From assembly GCF_006345805.1 (NCBI RefSeq), contig NC_043007.1, positions 21,700,001 to 21,764,000 of the forward strand: a stretch of 64,000 nt of DNA. Direction: 5' to 3'. The position numbers and the translations under genes were made by a program. The notes below the pieces were generated by a model that was not told the DNA's origin, did not search any database, and saw nothing but the letters and a program-made list of their open reading frames with translations. Below, in pieces: positions 62,240-64,000 of this stretch. How positions within the stretch are numbered: position 1 is the stretch's first letter; each line of letters starts with the position of its first letter. Origin of the DNA: Octopus sinensis (Eukaryota).

Positions 62240-64000
62240 CTGGAGAAGAAGACCCGTCGAGCCAAGTAAAATCGCAGTTGTGGAAGATACTGGTGTCACA
62301 CAAATGGCACATAAAAGCACCAGCACCTATTGAGCGTTGGGCCTCATGGAGGCAAAGTGGTACATGAAAAGCTCCTTTTGAATATTAGGCCTCACAGGGG
62401 CAATGACTGAGACCTTTGGTATTATGTCATGCTTGAGAAGACGACCCATCGAGCCAAGTAAAATCGCAGTTGTGGAAGATACCTATTTCTTTACTACCCA
62501 CAAGGGGCTAAACACAGAGAGGACAAACAATGACAGACAAATGGATTAAGTCAATTATATCGACCCCAGTGCGTAACTGGTACTTATTTAATCGACCCCG
62601 AAAGGATGAAAGGCAAAGTTGACCTCGACAGAATTTGAACTCAGAACATAGCGGCAGACAAAATACCTATTTCTTTACTGCCCATAAGGGGCTAAACACA
62701 GAGGGGACAAACAATGACAGACAAATGGATTAAGTCAATTATATCGACCCCAGTGCGTAACTGGTACTTATTTAATCGACCCCGAAAGGATGAAAGGCAA
62801 AGTTGACCTCGGCGGAATTTGAACTCAGAACGTAGCGGCAGACAAAATACCTATTTCTTTACTGCCCACAAGGGGCGAAACACAGAGGGGACAAACAAGG
62901 ACAGACAAACAGATTAAGTCAATTATATTGACCCCAGTGTGTAACTGGTACTTATTTAATTGACCCTGAAAGGATGAAAGGCAAAGTTGAACTCAGAACG
63001 TAGCGGCAGACAAAATACTGCTAAGCATTTCGCTTGGCGTGCTAACGATTCTGCTAGCTCGCCACCTTGTTGTGGAAGATACCGGTGTCACACAAATGGC
63101 ACTGATGCCAGTGGCACATAAAAGCACCAGCACCTATTGAGCATTGGGCCTCACAGAGGCGAAGTGGTATATGAAAAGCTCCTTTTGAGAATTGGGCCTC
63201 ACGGAGACAGTGACTGAGACCTTTGGCATTATGTCATGCTTGAGAAGAAGACCCATCAAGCCAAGTAAAGTCGCAGTTGAGGAAGATACCGGTGTCACAC
63301 AAATGGCACCGATGCCAGTGGCACATAAAAGCACCAGGACCTTTTGAGCTTGGTTGGGCCTCACAGAGGCAAAGTGGTACGTGAAAAGCTCCTTTTGAGT
63401 ATTGGGCTTCACGGGGGCAGTGAAGAAGAAGACCCATCAAGCCAAGTAAAATAACAGTCATGGAAGATACCAGTGTCACACAAATGGCACTTGTGCCAGT
63501 GGTATGTAAAAGCACCAGCAACTTTCAAGTGTTGGAGCTCACGGAGGCAAAATGGCTGATGCTGGTGGAACACGAAAAACTCCTTTTATGTGTGGGGCTC
63601 ACGGAGTCAATAACGAAGACCTTTGGCATTATGTCATGCTTGAGAAGTCCCATTAAGCCAAGTAAATTAGCAGTTGTAACAGATACCAGGGTCATGTAAA
63701 AGCACCCATTACACTCTCAGAGTGGTTGGCATTAGGAAGCATATCCAGTTGTAGAAACAGTGCTTGATCAGATTGGAGCCTGGTGCAGCCTTCTGGTTCG
63801 CCTGTCAAATTGTCCAACCCATGCCAGCATGGAAAGCGGACGTTAAATGATAATGATGATGATACTCTCTTATTGGCATTATTTATTCACCACTACATTT
63901 TCAGAGTGGTTGGCATTAGGAAGGGCATCCAGCTATTGAAACTGCCAGATCAGATTGGAGCCTGGTGCAGCCTTCTCGTTCGCCATTCCTCAGTCAAATT
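62240..64000 (+). mobile_element. Tandemly amplified RTE ORF2-end/3' UTR modules, interrupted by a SINE trimer
   Basis: Repeated gaagaagaccc.tc.agccaagtaaa.tcgcagttgtggaagatac and ttgggcctcacggaggcaa..gagacctttggcattatgtcatgcttgag, ending in the (GAT)n family tail at about 63845-63862. Confidence 0.7.
62483..63068 (-). mobile_element. SINE family B trimer (184-bp period) with 14-bp TSD
   Basis: ataccta at 62479, 62663 and 62847; TSD gttgtggaagatac at 62469-62482 and 63069-63082. Confidence 0.9.

Overview
AT-rich, repeat-dense animal genomic DNA. The SINE families and (TA)n/(ATT)n/(GAT)n microsatellites point to an octopus genome (inference from repeat content). The window holds the 3' part of one + strand gene of the EPLIN/LIMA1-LIMD2-XIRP2 LIM family. 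Its coding exons are a 1,399-bp exon with six degenerate repeats (3637-5035, phase 2 in, phase 0 out), a LIM first-half exon (36128-36273) and a LIM second-half/stop exon (56100-56283); all splice phases fit. Upstream exons lie outside the window. A candidate internal first exon ending in ATG|GTAAGT (29778-29786) would give a 110-aa LIM-only isoform. The introns carry tRNA-head SINEs, RTE and CR1 LINE fragments, Helentron-associated (HINE-like) elements, TTAA piggyBac-like MITEs, a Tc2/pogo-like MITE with an internal minisatellite and a 32-bp minisatellite. They also contain many long palindromes, most next to (TA)n tracts. The most notable unannotated signal is seven type I hammerhead ribozyme motifs of two families, with short self-complementary stem III, inside or related to these palindromes and consistent with Penelope-like element remnants. 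Three are sense to the host pre-mRNA, and one lies about 500 nt upstream of the candidate internal first exon. Almost all other ORFs in the six-frame track are microsatellite or SINE artefacts. Repeat boundaries are read by eye and approximate unless a TSD or TIR is quoted.
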